A stretch of DNA of 64,000 nucleotides, from IMG/VR virus record IMGVR_UViG_3300030330_002422, positions 3,574 to 67,573 of that record; one strand, written 5' to 3'. Below, piece after piece: positions 11,301 through 21,463 of this stretch; the first letter of the stretch is position 1, and every line of letters begins with the position of its first letter. Origin of the DNA: a virus. Lineage: Duplodnaviria; Caudoviricetes. The notes beneath the pieces were generated by a model. That model saw only the letters and a list, made by a program, of their open reading frames with translations, ran no database searches and was not told where the DNA came from. Both the position numbers and the translations under genes were made by a program.

Positions 11301-14300
11301 ACAGTTACAGAATCTAAGTTTGTTTGATTACCTATATTAGCCACTCTAAAACAACAATAGTCATTACCTATAACAAAACCAGTTCCCAACGCGTTGTTCT
11401 CTACGTTTAAATCTTGACCATCGTATAGCTTTTGATACTCTGGCCAACCAAAAGCCCAGGCTTGATCTATACAAAACTTTTGATTACCCTCTTGGTAATC
11501 ATCACATCGCCAGTGACTTCTTTTCCAAGTACCACCAGTAGCGGGTTTATAATAATCAGCGCCTGTTTGTGTCCAGTGAGAAGTACCCGCATCATAATCA
11601 CCAAAATAAGGATTAGCTATTAGTCTATGGCTAGCTGAAGGATCAACAGGGTTTAAATCGTATATTCTACCGTCCCAATCGTTACCATCTGGATCTGAAA
11701 TCCAACCATCATGACCAAATATAGCTTGGTAGAAAAACGAATAATGAGTGTTTGGTGATACACTATTTAGGCTACTATTGTGTCTAGCGTTAACTCCGTT
11801 GTAAACACCTTCATTCAAAGTGTCATTAACATTGCTCTTCCAATAAAATAAAGATTTATTTCTTAATGTAAAGTCACCATCTTTTCCATCTTCTGTAGCT
11901 GAACCCGTGTAAGCAGATAAACTTCTAATGTTTTTGTCAAAAGTATGAGCCCAAAACACATTAGCTGCAGCTGTTACTAGTGTGTTAGTTGAAGCTGCTG
12001 ATTGGTTTTTATCAGATATTCTTTTTAAAATTTCAGCGTCTTTTTTAATTTTAACAAAAAATCGACCTTCAAAAGCGTCGCTATCAACTCTGTCAGACTC
12101 CTCGTAGTACTCTAAAAACAAACCTTTATTCTCAGGGTTAGAATCATTGTGGTTTCCAACAAAACCTACATCAGCACCAAAAGGCTCTATCAAAGTAAAC
12201 TCGTAGTAATCTTCAGCATCAGAGAAGTCTACATCTGTAGAAGAAGCTGATTCGTTAACTCTACTAACACTTAGTATCTCGTAAAAACTAGTCATTGAAA
12301 CAACCTCGTTGTTATCTTCTTTACCTATTTTTATAAACCTACCAGTTTGATCGTCCATTAAAGCACCTCTTGGTTCTACACCTTCAATATCTGGTTGTGC
12401 TAAAAACGAATGATTATGAACATCGTTACCAGCTATTCTAAATGTTGTTTTACCAACCTGAGGAAAACCAACAGCTGTTGCTGTAAACTGCAAACTTTGA
12501 CCGTTTTCAGCATAAACCCTTTCGCCTAATTGTCTTTTTACAAACTTAACAAAGTCTGGGGCCGATCCTTCTTTGGCTAATATTTTGTATCTACTTTTAT
12601 CTACTATACTTTTATCACCGTCGTGTTCTTTTTTAAGTATAATGTAATCATCTCTTTCTACTTTATCAAAATCAGAAGAAGCAAAAGACATCCATATATG
12701 CTCGTCATCATCATCATAATAATGTCTATCTAAAGACAGGTTGTAATACTCTGTAGCAGCATCTTTTACGTAATACTTAACGTGTGTAGCCCAGTCTGGC
12801 GTGTCTCCATTAACATTAGCAACTATAGTGTTAGCTGTTAAAGAGTTTTCTTTTTGTATTTTTACAACTCCGTTAGGTGTAGAAAACACAGGTGTTTGTC
12901 TACCATACTGATCTATGTAAGATATTCCTACTTGGTAGTTTCTAATAGACTTTATTGATTTGTTAGTTTGTTTTGGATCTATATATCTAGAGCTCAAAGA
13001 TGCGCTAACCTGTGGTAACTCATTATCTAATATGTTATATTGTTGTGTGTAGTTACCGTATATTAATCTATTAGAAGATATTTCTTGTGCTTTGGCTTTT
13101 TTAGGAACATTATCAAAGTGTCTTAACAATTGAGAGCTTTCTAACAAACCTTCATACTGTTCACTTGTTATAACGTAGTCAGTTAAATTTGTTAACTCGT
13201 CACCTCGTATACTAGCGAACTTGTATATGTTAGTGCTATCACTATCTTTAACTAATATATCTAATTGTTTTACTCTAGAAGGTTTTGTTTCAAAGTTTCC
13301 AAGGGTTATACGTCTAACCGTATTTAACATAGACTTATTATAAGAATCTATAGCATCGAACTCATACTCATCACCTGGTAAAAAAGCAACCTCTGTAAAC
13401 GGTGACATAGCAGAGTACTCGCCATCAGCGTATCTCCATCTGTAAGCAAATCTTGGAAATCTAAACTTGTATATAGACTCTAGTTCTGTTAATTCAGCGT
13501 CCCAATACCTAGCTGTCTCATTATCTAATTTTACAATGTCATCGCTAATAGAAAGTATTTCACACTCAAATGTAGATCTTTCTTCATTAGAACCATAGTT
13601 ACCGTAATCGCTTTGGTTAACCGTAATAGGATATAGTTTCAAATTGCTTATATGTCCCCTAAAAAAAGCGTTATCATCTCCGTTTAAAGTTTGACCACTG
13701 TTTGAACCTGCTGTCGATAGATTTCCTTGACTATCTACTATAGTACCTCTATCACAGTAAATTCTAAAACTTGTTGAGCTTTTTCTAGCTGTAAAAAACA
13801 CTCTATGAGTACCTACGGTAGAAGGTAACAATAAATTATAATAACCATCACCAACGTGTGTACCATGTATGGCCGATAAATAAAGTTTACCATGCTTAGT
13901 CTCATTATCACCGTCGCTACTAGTTATAGTATATTCTAACTCGTATGTTTTTAAACCTTCTATCTGAAAGTTAGTATCGTTTCCATCTTCGTTATAAGCA
14001 ACCCAACCAGCCTGGTGTTGCGTGTAGTAATTAGCGTATAAGTAGCCATTGGTAGAATTCGTGCTTTGTGGTATAGACCAAACAAGTCTATCAGAGCCAC
14101 TAGTTGTTAAATCTGTATACTCTTTTTTTTCTGCACTCCAATATAAATAACAATTGTTTGGAGTGGATAAAGCACCAGGGCCAGGAAGTGCAGCATCAGC
14201 GTGTATCATATTTGCTCCTCTGCTATAACCTGAGTTTAAATCAAGCGGTGCTGAATACCCATAAGTAGAACCAGCGTATTCTAAACCTGTTTTTTCTTTT

Positions 14301-17300
14301 TTAAGCTTTACTTGAATCTGAACAGCAGAGTCTGTTTGGTTAGTTAATTTTACAATATCTCCTTCTGCAAAGTTTGGCTTAGGAGAGAAAGATAAATCTT
14401 GTATTCTAACTGGTCTAGCACCGTAATATTGTATAGATATATTTGATATTCTAGCCGTAACACCTTTATGGCAAAATATAGGTATCATATTTTGGCCATT
14501 GTAATAACTAGAAGCAGTGTTGTTTATATTGTCAGGTAAATCCGATTGATCGTTAAAATAAGTACCCACAATATATGTACCAACACCAGAAGACTTAGGC
14601 GCTCTTTGATAGGTGCTTAAACCGTTGTTTCTACCACTGTTAGTAGGATCTCCAAAACCAACTGGATAAACATTTGTAGTTCCAGGTATATAAACAGAGG
14701 CGTCTATATCTATTATTTCTACTGTAGCCCTTATAGTAACATGTGTTCCTTTTCCAGCTCCATTAACTTCGTTTAGATTATAAACTATATTATCTACATA
14801 TCTATAATCGGACGCTGTATAACTAGCGTCTTTAGTGTGTTCGTAACCAGCCTCTACACCAACCCAACCTGGACCGAAATCTTGCGCTCTACTTTGAAAG
14901 TGAAACAAACCTTGTTGTGTTTCTGTTTCTAATTTAGGAAATATCCAAGGAACATCTCCAACATAATCTCTTAACCATCTACCTTGTTTGTCTAGCTTAG
15001 GCGTGTTACTTGTTCCTGGTGGCTTTGGAACTATCTCGTTTGTTTCTTCGTGTTTATATGTCCAAAAACTAGTATTGTTAAAACTATCCCAAACAAAAAA
15101 CATTAGAATATCTCCTTCTTGTGGTATGTAGGCGTTACCATCTTCAAAGTATTCGTCTCTCCAGGGGTGTACTGTAACAACACCTTGTTCACTCATGTAG
15201 TGTGTTGTGCCAATGAATTTAACGTAATAATCGGAGCTCGCGTTTCCAAACGCATTAGGTGTAAGAGCGTATACATTATAATAACCTCTACTACCATTCA
15301 TCAAGCTTCTAAACTTTTTATAACCGTTATCAGCAGCGCCTGGTAAATCTCTAATATCCATAGCTTTTTGCCAAATGTTAGGATCGGTACTCCAACTACC
15401 ATGTAATGGGTATCTAGTACCTTGACCTGAGTCTTTTGGATTTGCCCAAGGAGTAACGTTTGTAACATCTAAATGAATTTCATAACTTCTTGACCAGTAA
15501 CCATCACTATTTCTAGGGTTTTTCTTCATCAAGCTCGCACCGTTATACAAGGTAGCTTTTGTGTTGTCGCCGCCAACAGCACTACCAGCCTCAGTACTAT
15601 TAAAACCATCATCAAAATCATAAAACACTATCAGGTTGTTAGTAAAATTAACGTAAGAACCACCGTCGTCTTGAGTTACATCAAAATGGTATTTACTTTT
15701 ACGCAAAGCTAAACAAGCTGACTCAGGTAAATCTGTATTCCAAAGAGCTAAATCGTCTATATTACCTTTTAAGTAGTCACTTAAAGAAGAACCACCATCA
15801 TACTCAGCACCTATAGTCCAGTTTTTATCTGTACTTGCGTTTTCATCAAGAGTAACATTTAAAGTAGTATCTATAGCTAAAACACCTTCTATGTAAAGCT
15901 TTACCTCTGTAGTACTGCTGACCTCCTTGAACGTAGCAACTACGTGATACCATTTTTTCTCTTCTATAGGGAAGTTATTACTGTCAGCGCTCACGCCTTG
16001 ATCATTAAGGTTTACATGCCAAGCGTGGTTTGGTTGCGAGTAAGCACCAATTATAAGCTGGTTGCCACCACCGCTATTGTTTCTACCTATTATAGCTCTA
16101 TTCGACGAGCCTAACTCGTCAAACTTAACCCAACAAGCAAAAGTAAAAGTGTTACCAACAACTATAGATTTATCAAACTGAGCATATTGATTTGATCCGT
16201 CTAAATATAAAGAATGATTTGGTTTGTAACCCTTAAAAGCCGTATAAGCGTTTGCCCAACCGGCTCTTCTTTTAATTTTAGCAAAAACAGGTTGATTATT
16301 CATTTCTAAACCAGCAGAACCATAAAGATGTGATCTATTATAAGAATACGTTGTATTTGCTGGGTGAACACATATAGATTTACTCTTTGCGTTTATATTA
16401 GGCTCACCGTGAACAGTATCACTTAAACTAATAGATGGGGCATTTAAAGGGTATTTTTTTATAACTGTTATGTGTTTTTCTAACACATCTCCAATAACCT
16501 CGTTATTATAACTTCTTTGTTTAGTTGTGGTTGTCCAGTTTAACTTTTCATCTTGACTACCAGTTATGTTTTTGTTAGACCCACCTTTAAAATGATCTAT
16601 AGATATTTTTTTAGGTTCGTTCTCACCGTCAGTCCAGAAAAGCATACCATCAAGTATGTTTATACCTGTTATTTGATTTCCGTTAAATTTTAAGAAGGCA
16701 GACTCTTCATCTGTTGATGCATCTACTAAAACAGGTTCTGTCTCTTCTGTTTTAAAATCATACTCAGCAATACAATTTACGTTTTTCTTTTTAATAGAAA
16801 CCCTATCTATAGTGGTTTCGTCCCAATAAAATTGACTTGGAGACGATCCGTGACTAGAATTTATACCTATCAACAAATCTGTATCACCAGCTGTAAAAGT
16901 ATAAGATACACTACCAACAGCATTACTGTTAGGTATTGTTGGATATGTAAAAACACCGTTAACTGTTTTTCTAATAAACAACTCTTTATGAGTTCCTGTG
17001 GAATTACTAGCGCTAGTGTTAATAGATGTAACATCAAATGTCAACGTGTACTCTTTACCTACCTCAAGTATTTCTTTTTGTTGTATAAAAGGAGTTGTGT
17101 TAACCTGTGTTCCATCTTTTCCAAGAGTAAGGTTTCCGTTAACAGTATCAACAGTAACGTTTTCTTTATCGAAACCATTCCAATTAGTTAAACCATTTGG
17201 ATCAGCTTGACCATCATTAAAGTTTCCGTTTTTTATTATTTCTTCTCTTTGACCATAAACAAACCAGTATATCTTATCGTTAGCATTGTCAACAATAGAA

Positions 17301-17506
17301 CCAACACATTTAGACTTACCTATATAAGGTGATACACTAGACTTTGAGGTATTACCATAAGTATTTTGTAAAGCCCCAACGTCAGAACCTTTAGATGTAG
17401 AAACCTCTATGTTTAAAGCGTCTCTATACTCGTTTTTTTGAACTAGTCTTTCGTCGAGGTCCTTGTTCATCTTCCCCGACATAAATGTATTTTTAATCTC
17501 CGGCAT
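8342..17506 (-). CDS. tail stabilisation/nozzle (muzzle)-type protein, 3054 aa, with inserted LamG and CBM-like modules
   Basis: N-terminus MPEIKNTFMSGKMNKDLDERLV..NEYRDALNIEV and C-terminal DYGISKNPESFASFG..YFTDKARGSVLRLSMDGLTEIS match crAss-like/P22 gp10-like stabilisation proteins. LamG motif (FTFACWVKF..WYHVVATF..LYIEG..GNIDDLALWN) at about 15600-16215. Confidence 0.75.
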   Translation of the reverse strand: MPEIKNTFMSGKMNKDLDERLVQKNEYRDALNIEVSTSKGSDVGALQNTYGNTSKSSVSPYIGKSKCVGSIVDNANDKIYWFVYGQREEIIKNGNFNDGQADPNGLTNWNGFDKENVTVDTVNGNLTLGKDGTQVNTTPFIQQKEILEVGKEYTLTFDVTSINTSASNSTGTHKELFIRKTVNGVFTYPTIPNSNAVGSVSYTFTAGDTDLLIGINSSHGSSPSQFYWDETTIDRVSIKKKNVNCIAEYDFKTEETEPVLVDASTDEESAFLKFNGNQITGINILDGMLFWTDGENEPKKISIDHFKGGSNKNITGSQDEKLNWTTTTKQRSYNNEVIGDVLEKHITVIKKYPLNAPSISLSDTVHGEPNINAKSKSICVHPANTTYSYNRSHLYGSAGLEMNNQPVFAKIKRRAGWANAYTAFKGYKPNHSLYLDGSNQYAQFDKSIVVGNTFTFACWVKFDELGSSNRAIIGRNNSGGGNQLIIGAYSQPNHAWHVNLNDQGVSADSNNFPIEEKKWYHVVATFKEVSSTTEVKLYIEGVLAIDTTLNVTLDENASTDKNWTIGAEYDGGSSLSDYLKGNIDDLALWNTDLPESACLALRKSKYHFDVTQDDGGSYVNFTNNLIVFYDFDDGFNSTEAGSAVGGDNTKATLYNGASLMKKNPRNSDGYWSRSYEIHLDVTNVTPWANPKDSGQGTRYPLHGSWSTDPNIWQKAMDIRDLPGAADNGYKKFRSLMNGSRGYYNVYALTPNAFGNASSDYYVKFIGTTHYMSEQGVVTVHPWRDEYFEDGNAYIPQEGDILMFFVWDSFNNTSFWTYKHEETNEIVPKPPGTSNTPKLDKQGRWLRDYVGDVPWIFPKLETETQQGLFHFQSRAQDFGPGWVGVEAGYEHTKDASYTASDYRYVDNIVYNLNEVNGAGKGTHVTIRATVEIIDIDASVYIPGTTNVYPVGFGDPTNSGRNNGLSTYQRAPKSSGVGTYIVGTYFNDQSDLPDNINNTASSYYNGQNMIPIFCHKGVTARISNISIQYYGARPVRIQDLSFSPKPNFAEGDIVKLTNQTDSAVQIQVKLKKEKTGLEYAGSTYGYSAPLDLNSGYSRGANMIHADAALPGPGALSTPNNCYLYWSAEKKEYTDLTTSGSDRLVWSIPQSTNSTNGYLYANYYTQHQAGWVAYNEDGNDTNFQIEGLKTYELEYTITSSDGDNETKHGKLYLSAIHGTHVGDGYYNLLLPSTVGTHRVFFTARKSSTSFRIYCDRGTIVDSQGNLSTAGSNSGQTLNGDDNAFFRGHISNLKLYPITVNQSDYGNYGSNEERSTFECEILSISDDIVKLDNETARYWDAELTELESIYKFRFPRFAYRWRYADGEYSAMSPFTEVAFLPGDEYEFDAIDSYNKSMLNTVRRITLGNFETKPSRVKQLDILVKDSDSTNIYKFASIRGDELTNLTDYVITSEQYEGLLESSQLLRHFDNVPKKAKAQEISSNRLIYGNYTQQYNILDNELPQVSASLSSRYIDPKQTNKSIKSIRNYQVGISYIDQYGRQTPVFSTPNGVVKIQKENSLTANTIVANVNGDTPDWATHVKYYVKDAATEYYNLSLDRHYYDDDDEHIWMSFASSDFDKVERDDYIILKKEHDGDKSIVDKSRYKILAKEGSAPDFVKFVKRQLGERVYAENGQSLQFTATAVGFPQVGKTTFRIAGNDVHNHSFLAQPDIEGVEPRGALMDDQTGRFIKIGKEDNNEVVSMTSFYEILSVSRVNESASSTDVDFSDAEDYYEFTLIEPFGADVGFVGNHNDSNPENKGLFLEYYEESDRVDSDAFEGRFFVKIKKDAEILKRISDKNQSAASTNTLVTAAANVFWAHTFDKNIRSLSAYTGSATEDGKDGDFTLRNKSLFYWKSNVNDTLNEGVYNGVNARHNSSLNSVSPNTHYSFFYQAIFGHDGWISDPDGNDWDGRIYDLNPVDPSASHRLIANPYFGDYDAGTSHWTQTGADYYKPATGGTWKRSHWRCDDYQEGNQKFCIDQAWAFGWPEYQKLYDGQDLNVENNALGTGFVIGNDYCCFRVANIGNQTNLDSVTVSGTLSGDVLYARGANTFDDFSLTSEFFNDIKVVKALTTTGTKFRWSNDPTNTIYTVKKVVATGKVKNYHNVEQVLNFGDLVDWNTAQAYQTADHSAAINGKFVADYGLSYHPASSMQWGMHSRSNQGYRIALMLDKDIVWSPTSSSYGGGQTPLKRLDELESDTANHLAYASLEIISSGASGDGGYSTDNPAIFEVEPIDNTDFNLYYEASNTSMILKTGMSVEALNNENINDGGGNYLGVSDVGTPYAPGGTVLLANAKIVVDRPGEFYIDNNTWDPNSGQLPAGITLRVSKKDANGIIEYHEDFITKTGISNSIGDNLIDNDEFTLGVNGLQDYELSSGLTADNSAGNGVIIETGTNTSTYPFLRTGPIPLISGEAYQVDIDVEEINNDVFDSVSGEHTIKYFLIGSENGSYRPLKTETLKQGLNTRLFVFDQSQNEDSNGNPVSSGYLFVAELVNIKGTYKRVHIKSVSVRLMGDTVDVSDRPVRWHNCYTFGNGVESDRLRDDFNAVKIDKGPKVSTTLDEPYEEENRKNGLIYSGLYNSKTGFNKLNEFIMADKITKDVNPEYGSLQKLFSRNTDLVAFCEDKVLRILSNKDALYNADGNPQVVASNAVLGQAVPFSGDYGISKNPESFASFGYRAYFTDKARGSVLRLSMDGLTEISAAGMSRYFKDNLHEAETLIGSYDQDKDLYNLTINKKQNYDDKGDTISFAESTVGWTSFKSFLPESAVSLNGVYYTFKNGDIWKHNDNEIRNNFYGVQYESSVKFLFNDAPSVVKDFKTLGYEGSNGWRATSIETDMDSGQVVEFKDKEGKKFANIIGVEVDETNISLNSKSTQGLGLLSSITMGGYGKFYPLVISGVINNINAKFTLNTSATEAQSITSSITNNYEEGTTVGVSQEVTHEFYIHPKTINGLNYAVAASNFTVTSSDNNRVSVVAATDTGTPGDKENKIKITLKVEYNSNNLFPSSEQAITITVDGSTTLAIN

Positions 17507-17507
17507 A

Positions 17508-18782
17508 CTAGTGTTTTATATGTTTAGATCTACCTCTTAATAGTTGAGCTAGTTCTTCTATTTTCAAATTAGATAATCTTAGCTTAGCAGTTCTTGTTGC
17601 AGCAAACTTTTCTCTTTTGTACATCATTTTAGCGCTACCACCAACGTTGGCTCTAGCCATCATAACATTACATAATATACACTTGTACATCGCTTCTTCA
17701 GCTAGTTTATGAACCCTCATCTCTTCTTCTGTCCCTAAACTATCACTAATATATTTTAAAATAATTGTTTTTCCACTTATGTTTGAGCTAAAATGTATTT
17801 TACCGTTTTCTTGATCTATATAAAAAGATCCGTTTGTTTGAGAAAACCTAGGGTCTAATCCATATCTCTGACCTATATTTAAATCATAGTCATCATGATC
17901 GTAATTATAATCTTGATTTGCTATTTCGTTAGGTGTTTGGCTTTTAAATTTTGTCCAACTATTTGATTCACTTTGATAAGACAAACCTGACTTAGTTAAA
18001 GTCACATCATCTATACTGCAGTTCAACGCTGTAGCGCTAACGTTTGTAAACCAAAACCTTTGGTTATAACCAGCTGCACCAGGGCTATTTTCGTCAAGAG
18101 TTAATGTTTCTGTATATGTACCATTGGCTGTTCTATTAGAAAATATTATATACTTTCCGTTTGGACCATACAACCTTGGTTGTACTGTGCCAGAGCTATA
18201 ATTAGATATAGTGTATGTTAAAGTATAAGATTCACCAAAAGCAACATCAACGTTGTTCCAGTTTAACTTGTGCCATTTACCAACATTAGTAAAGTCAATA
18301 TGTTTGTTTACTGAATCATAGGTTATACCTGTACCTAAATCGTAACCTAAGTTTTGCGAAAAATCACCATTTATAAGTAAGTTGCCCGATCCAAAAACGT
18401 AATCACCATCTGTATCTTGAGTAATTGCTTTAGGATTATTTGTTTTTGTAGCTGGATATATAGTGTGTTGTATTCCAGAACCGTCGATCCAAGCTATATT
18501 AGTATAATTAACATAGTCATGAGGTAACGTCATTTGTAGTGTAGCAGGAACTTCTATCTCTTGAGATTTTTCAGCTTTAAAAGTATCAAAAGATAATTCG
18601 GCTAAAGCTCTTTGTGCGTGAAAAGCTACATCAACTCTTTTTATTCTAGGAATAATTTTATCTTCACCAACATAAGCAACCATAAAATTATTTATTATAT
18701 CTCTTATAGAAACAAATTGGTAGTCACCAAAATTAGATGAGTTACCATAGTATTCGTTTTGTGATTTATCTATTAATGCCAT
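17508..18782 (-). CDS. tail ring/adaptor structural protein with CBM-like insertion
   Basis: Conserved-looking ends (RIKRVDVAFHAQRALAELSFD; RTAKLRLSNLKIEEL) flank an insert NLLINGDFS...SIDDVTLTK. Confidence 0.6.
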   Translation of the reverse strand: MALIDKSQNEYYGNSSNFGDYQFVSIRDIINNFMVAYVGEDKIIPRIKRVDVAFHAQRALAELSFDTFKAEKSQEIEVPATLQMTLPHDYVNYTNIAWIDGSGIQHTIYPATKTNNPKAITQDTDGDYVFGSGNLLINGDFSQNLGYDLGTGITYDSVNKHIDFTNVGKWHKLNWNNVDVAFGESYTLTYTISNYSSGTVQPRLYGPNGKYIIFSNRTANGTYTETLTLDENSPGAAGYNQRFWFTNVSATALNCSIDDVTLTKSGLSYQSESNSWTKFKSQTPNEIANQDYNYDHDDYDLNIGQRYGLDPRFSQTNGSFYIDQENGKIHFSSNISGKTIILKYISDSLGTEEEMRVHKLAEEAMYKCILCNVMMARANVGGSAKMMYKREKFAATRTAKLRLSNLKIEELAQLLRGRSKHIKH

Positions 18783-18785
18783 TTA

Positions 18786-20504
18786 CTATGCTTTTTCTTG
18801 TTGTATATTAAACATGTCTTCTCTAGCTCCTACGCTATATATTTGTGGATCTTCTATTGTTATACCCGCTAGTTTTAATATTTTAAAAACCAAATTAACC
18901 TCTTCAGATTCATGTAACTCAAAGTCACTAGAGGTTGAAGAGTTGTATAAAGCTGTACCGTTAACTTCTGTATATCCCCATTGAACTTGGTTAGGCTTTC
19001 TAATATAATTACACGTCACTCCATCAACTATATCTTGTGGGTGAACATTTAATAAGTTATTTCTTCTAGAATAAACAGGTCTAGTTGTTGTTGGTTTGTT
19101 TATTTTAGAACCTAGCACGTATGTTAATTCTTGTTCTGTAACGTGTTCTATTTCTATAGCAGCTGCATTATCTTCGACTAGTCTTACAGACAAACCTTTT
19201 ATACTACCATCAAAACCTCCAGTTTTATAAATTTCTATTCTATTTGTGTTTATTCCTCCTTGTGTCCAAAACAGGTCTACAAACTTAGAATCACCGTCCT
19301 TGTCAAATGAGTATAACGTTAGGTTGTCGTAATTACCATTATTTATTTCCTCAGTATGAGTTTGAAAACTTTCAGCTAAAGCTTTTTGTAAAAAAAGTTT
19401 TCCCTGTGTAGCATCTGCAACATTTAGCGTTATTCTATATGTTGAACCAGTAATAAAATTTTCTTGAAAAGTAAATGTAGAGCCAGTGGTAAGTGTTGTT
19501 CCATCAGCGTGAATACCCCAAATTCTGTTTTTTCTTTCGTCACTAACCTCACCAAGTTTTAAATTAGGAATGTAAGTATTGTTTAGATCCGTTAAAGAAG
19601 CTTTTACGTTACCACCAACTCTCCAACCACCACCAGGTGAATATTCAGAACCAACCTGTTTAACAGAAATGTTGTCTATAGATAATGTAGTGCTAGAGGC
19701 ATTAGATAAAAAACCAAAAGCAGCTGTTTTACTAGAACTGTGTATATCACTATTAAGATACGCAGTTTTTAATTGATCTAACTCTATGTCAAACGAATAT
19801 GTTCCAACTTCGTTTACCTCTGGACCAACACCAAACCTTGTGGAAAGTCCATCAGACGTTCTTACAGCAGCTATCGGAACTATAGAACCGCCAACGTGAT
19901 TGGTAACTTCAAAGCTAACTCTATATGTAGCTAGATGTAGCGCATGACCACCAGCAAAAGAAATTTTACTAAACCAATAGTATTCAGTTTCATTCGCAGC
20001 TAGAAACAGTACATCGGTGTCTCCCGGTGAACTAGCAACAAAAGAACTTTTAAACACTGTCGCGTTTGAAATAGTGCCAAAATCTGTTACGGTGCTAGCA
20101 TCATTAGTTAGCACGTTGTTACCAAGAGCTTGGTTAAAATAAGGATCTGTTATAACGTTAGGATATACCGGAGCGTGTTTAACAGTACCAAGTCTATAAA
20201 AGTTATCTACTTCTGGAAGTTTAAAAGAAGAAAATCTAGTACTACCATCTACTAATTTTCTACAGTCACCAACCATTTCAAATAGATTTATTTTTTCATT
20301 CAATATATCTATATGGTTAGAGTACTCTGTTTGATTACCCGGAACCCTGTTTATTTGATTTATATCGTAAAAGTATTGCTCAAACAAGTCCATTTGAGCT
20401 TGATTGGCAAATAAGTTAAACTCTTGAGGCGTTATATATCCTCTTTGCTCTTTGTTAGCGATTGCTAATACTCTTTGATATACTGTGTCTACACTTACTG
20501 CCAT
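18786..20504 (-). CDS. tail ring/head-tail connector protein with two CBM-like insertions
   Basis: N-terminus VDTVYQRVLAIANKEQRGYITPQEFNLFANQAQ and C-terminus YIRKPNQVQWGY..DFELHESEEVNLVFKIL typical of crAss-like ring proteins; about 340 aa of beta-rich insert between them. Confidence 0.6.
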   Translation of the reverse strand: MAVSVDTVYQRVLAIANKEQRGYITPQEFNLFANQAQMDLFEQYFYDINQINRVPGNQTEYSNHIDILNEKINLFEMVGDCRKLVDGSTRFSSFKLPEVDNFYRLGTVKHAPVYPNVITDPYFNQALGNNVLTNDASTVTDFGTISNATVFKSSFVASSPGDTDVLFLAANETEYYWFSKISFAGGHALHLATYRVSFEVTNHVGGSIVPIAAVRTSDGLSTRFGVGPEVNEVGTYSFDIELDQLKTAYLNSDIHSSSKTAAFGFLSNASSTTLSIDNISVKQVGSEYSPGGGWRVGGNVKASLTDLNNTYIPNLKLGEVSDERKNRIWGIHADGTTLTTGSTFTFQENFITGSTYRITLNVADATQGKLFLQKALAESFQTHTEEINNGNYDNLTLYSFDKDGDSKFVDLFWTQGGINTNRIEIYKTGGFDGSIKGLSVRLVEDNAAAIEIEHVTEQELTYVLGSKINKPTTTRPVYSRRNNLLNVHPQDIVDGVTCNYIRKPNQVQWGYTEVNGTALYNSSTSSDFELHESEEVNLVFKILKLAGITIEDPQIYSVGAREDMFNIQQEKA

Positions 20505-20517
20505 TTATATATTTTTT

Positions 20518-20558
20518 TATAGTTAGTAACCACCCCGAAGAGTGGCTACTCAACTATA
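20518..20558 (-). other. long C(UUCG)G-capped RNA hairpin (not a U-tailed terminator)
   Basis: Minus strand TATAGTT-G-AGTAGCCACTC-TTCG-GGGTGGTTACT-AACTATA; 18 bp with G.U pairs, followed by an A-run. Confidence 0.7.
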
Positions 20559-20564
20559 GGGTGA

Positions 20565-21395
20565 TTAATTTTTTAATCTTTTTTCAACTGTGTTGAAAAC
20601 CTCCATACCTTCATCAGTTTTAAACCAAGCGGCTAAAGCTGAGTATGGGTGTTCATCAAATGGGACATTACAAAGTTTTCTACCGTTAGAAGCCCAACTA
20701 AAAGATCTTTGATCTCCTGATAGATTAATTATACCCATCTCTACAGATTTAATACCAATATTACGTAAATGTACATTTCCGTCTTTTACTAAATCTAAGA
20801 ATAGTTTAGGTTTTTTCTTAGCATACAACAATAAATCTCTTCTAACCTCCTTAGAACTCATCTCTGTTACCTTAGAACCAACCTCTACACGCATAATAGC
20901 TTCAGCCATATCAATATCTATGCTTTTAGCTGTGTTTAAAGCTTTAATCTCTAGCTCTATTAAATCAATTTGTGATGTTGCTTTTTTAACCTCATCAACC
21001 TCGTAATATACTTTGTTTCTATGAGGGTGATACAATGATAGTAGCTTCTGTAGTACAACTTTGTTTTTAGGAACTGCTAAAATACCGTTTCTAAATACTA
21101 TATGCTCTAATCTTTGGTCACCTGTCATCTCATCTACAAAAGGAGTTCTTTGATTAGAAGTGTTTTTGAGCTCTCTTTCGTAACCTTTTTCTTCGTCAAA
21201 CCAATGTATATTTGCTGCTCTTATTGATTTACTCAAAGGAGTTTTGTTGTATTTTAATCTATAAATTCTATCTTTTATCTCCCAAGTGTTTGTTTTTTTT
21301 TCAACCGGTTTTACAGTCGGTTGCACTGTTTCTATTTTTTGCTCTGGCTTAGGCTTGTTAGAGCTATCACCAAAGACTATTCTTTCTTCTGCCAT
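20565..21395 (-). CDS. conserved hypothetical protein downstream of major capsid gene
   Basis: 276 aa ORF, co-oriented in the head gene block. Confidence 0.6.
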   Translation of the reverse strand: MAEERIVFGDSSNKPKPEQKIETVQPTVKPVEKKTNTWEIKDRIYRLKYNKTPLSKSIRAANIHWFDEEKGYERELKNTSNQRTPFVDEMTGDQRLEHIVFRNGILAVPKNKVVLQKLLSLYHPHRNKVYYEVDEVKKATSQIDLIELEIKALNTAKSIDIDMAEAIMRVEVGSKVTEMSSKEVRRDLLLYAKKKPKLFLDLVKDGNVHLRNIGIKSVEMGIINLSGDQRSFSWASNGRKLCNVPFDEHPYSALAAWFKTDEGMEVFNTVEKRLKN

Positions 21396-21421
21396 AATAT
21401 AATATAATAATAAAAGTTAAT

Positions 21422-21450
21422 AAAAAAAGATCGAGAGCCGAAGCTCTCGA
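21422..21450 (-). terminator. rho-independent terminator after major capsid gene
   Basis: Minus strand TCGAGAGC-TTCG-GCTCTCGA followed by TCTTTTTTT. Confidence 0.85.
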
Positions 21451-21463
21451 CCTTAAATAAATA

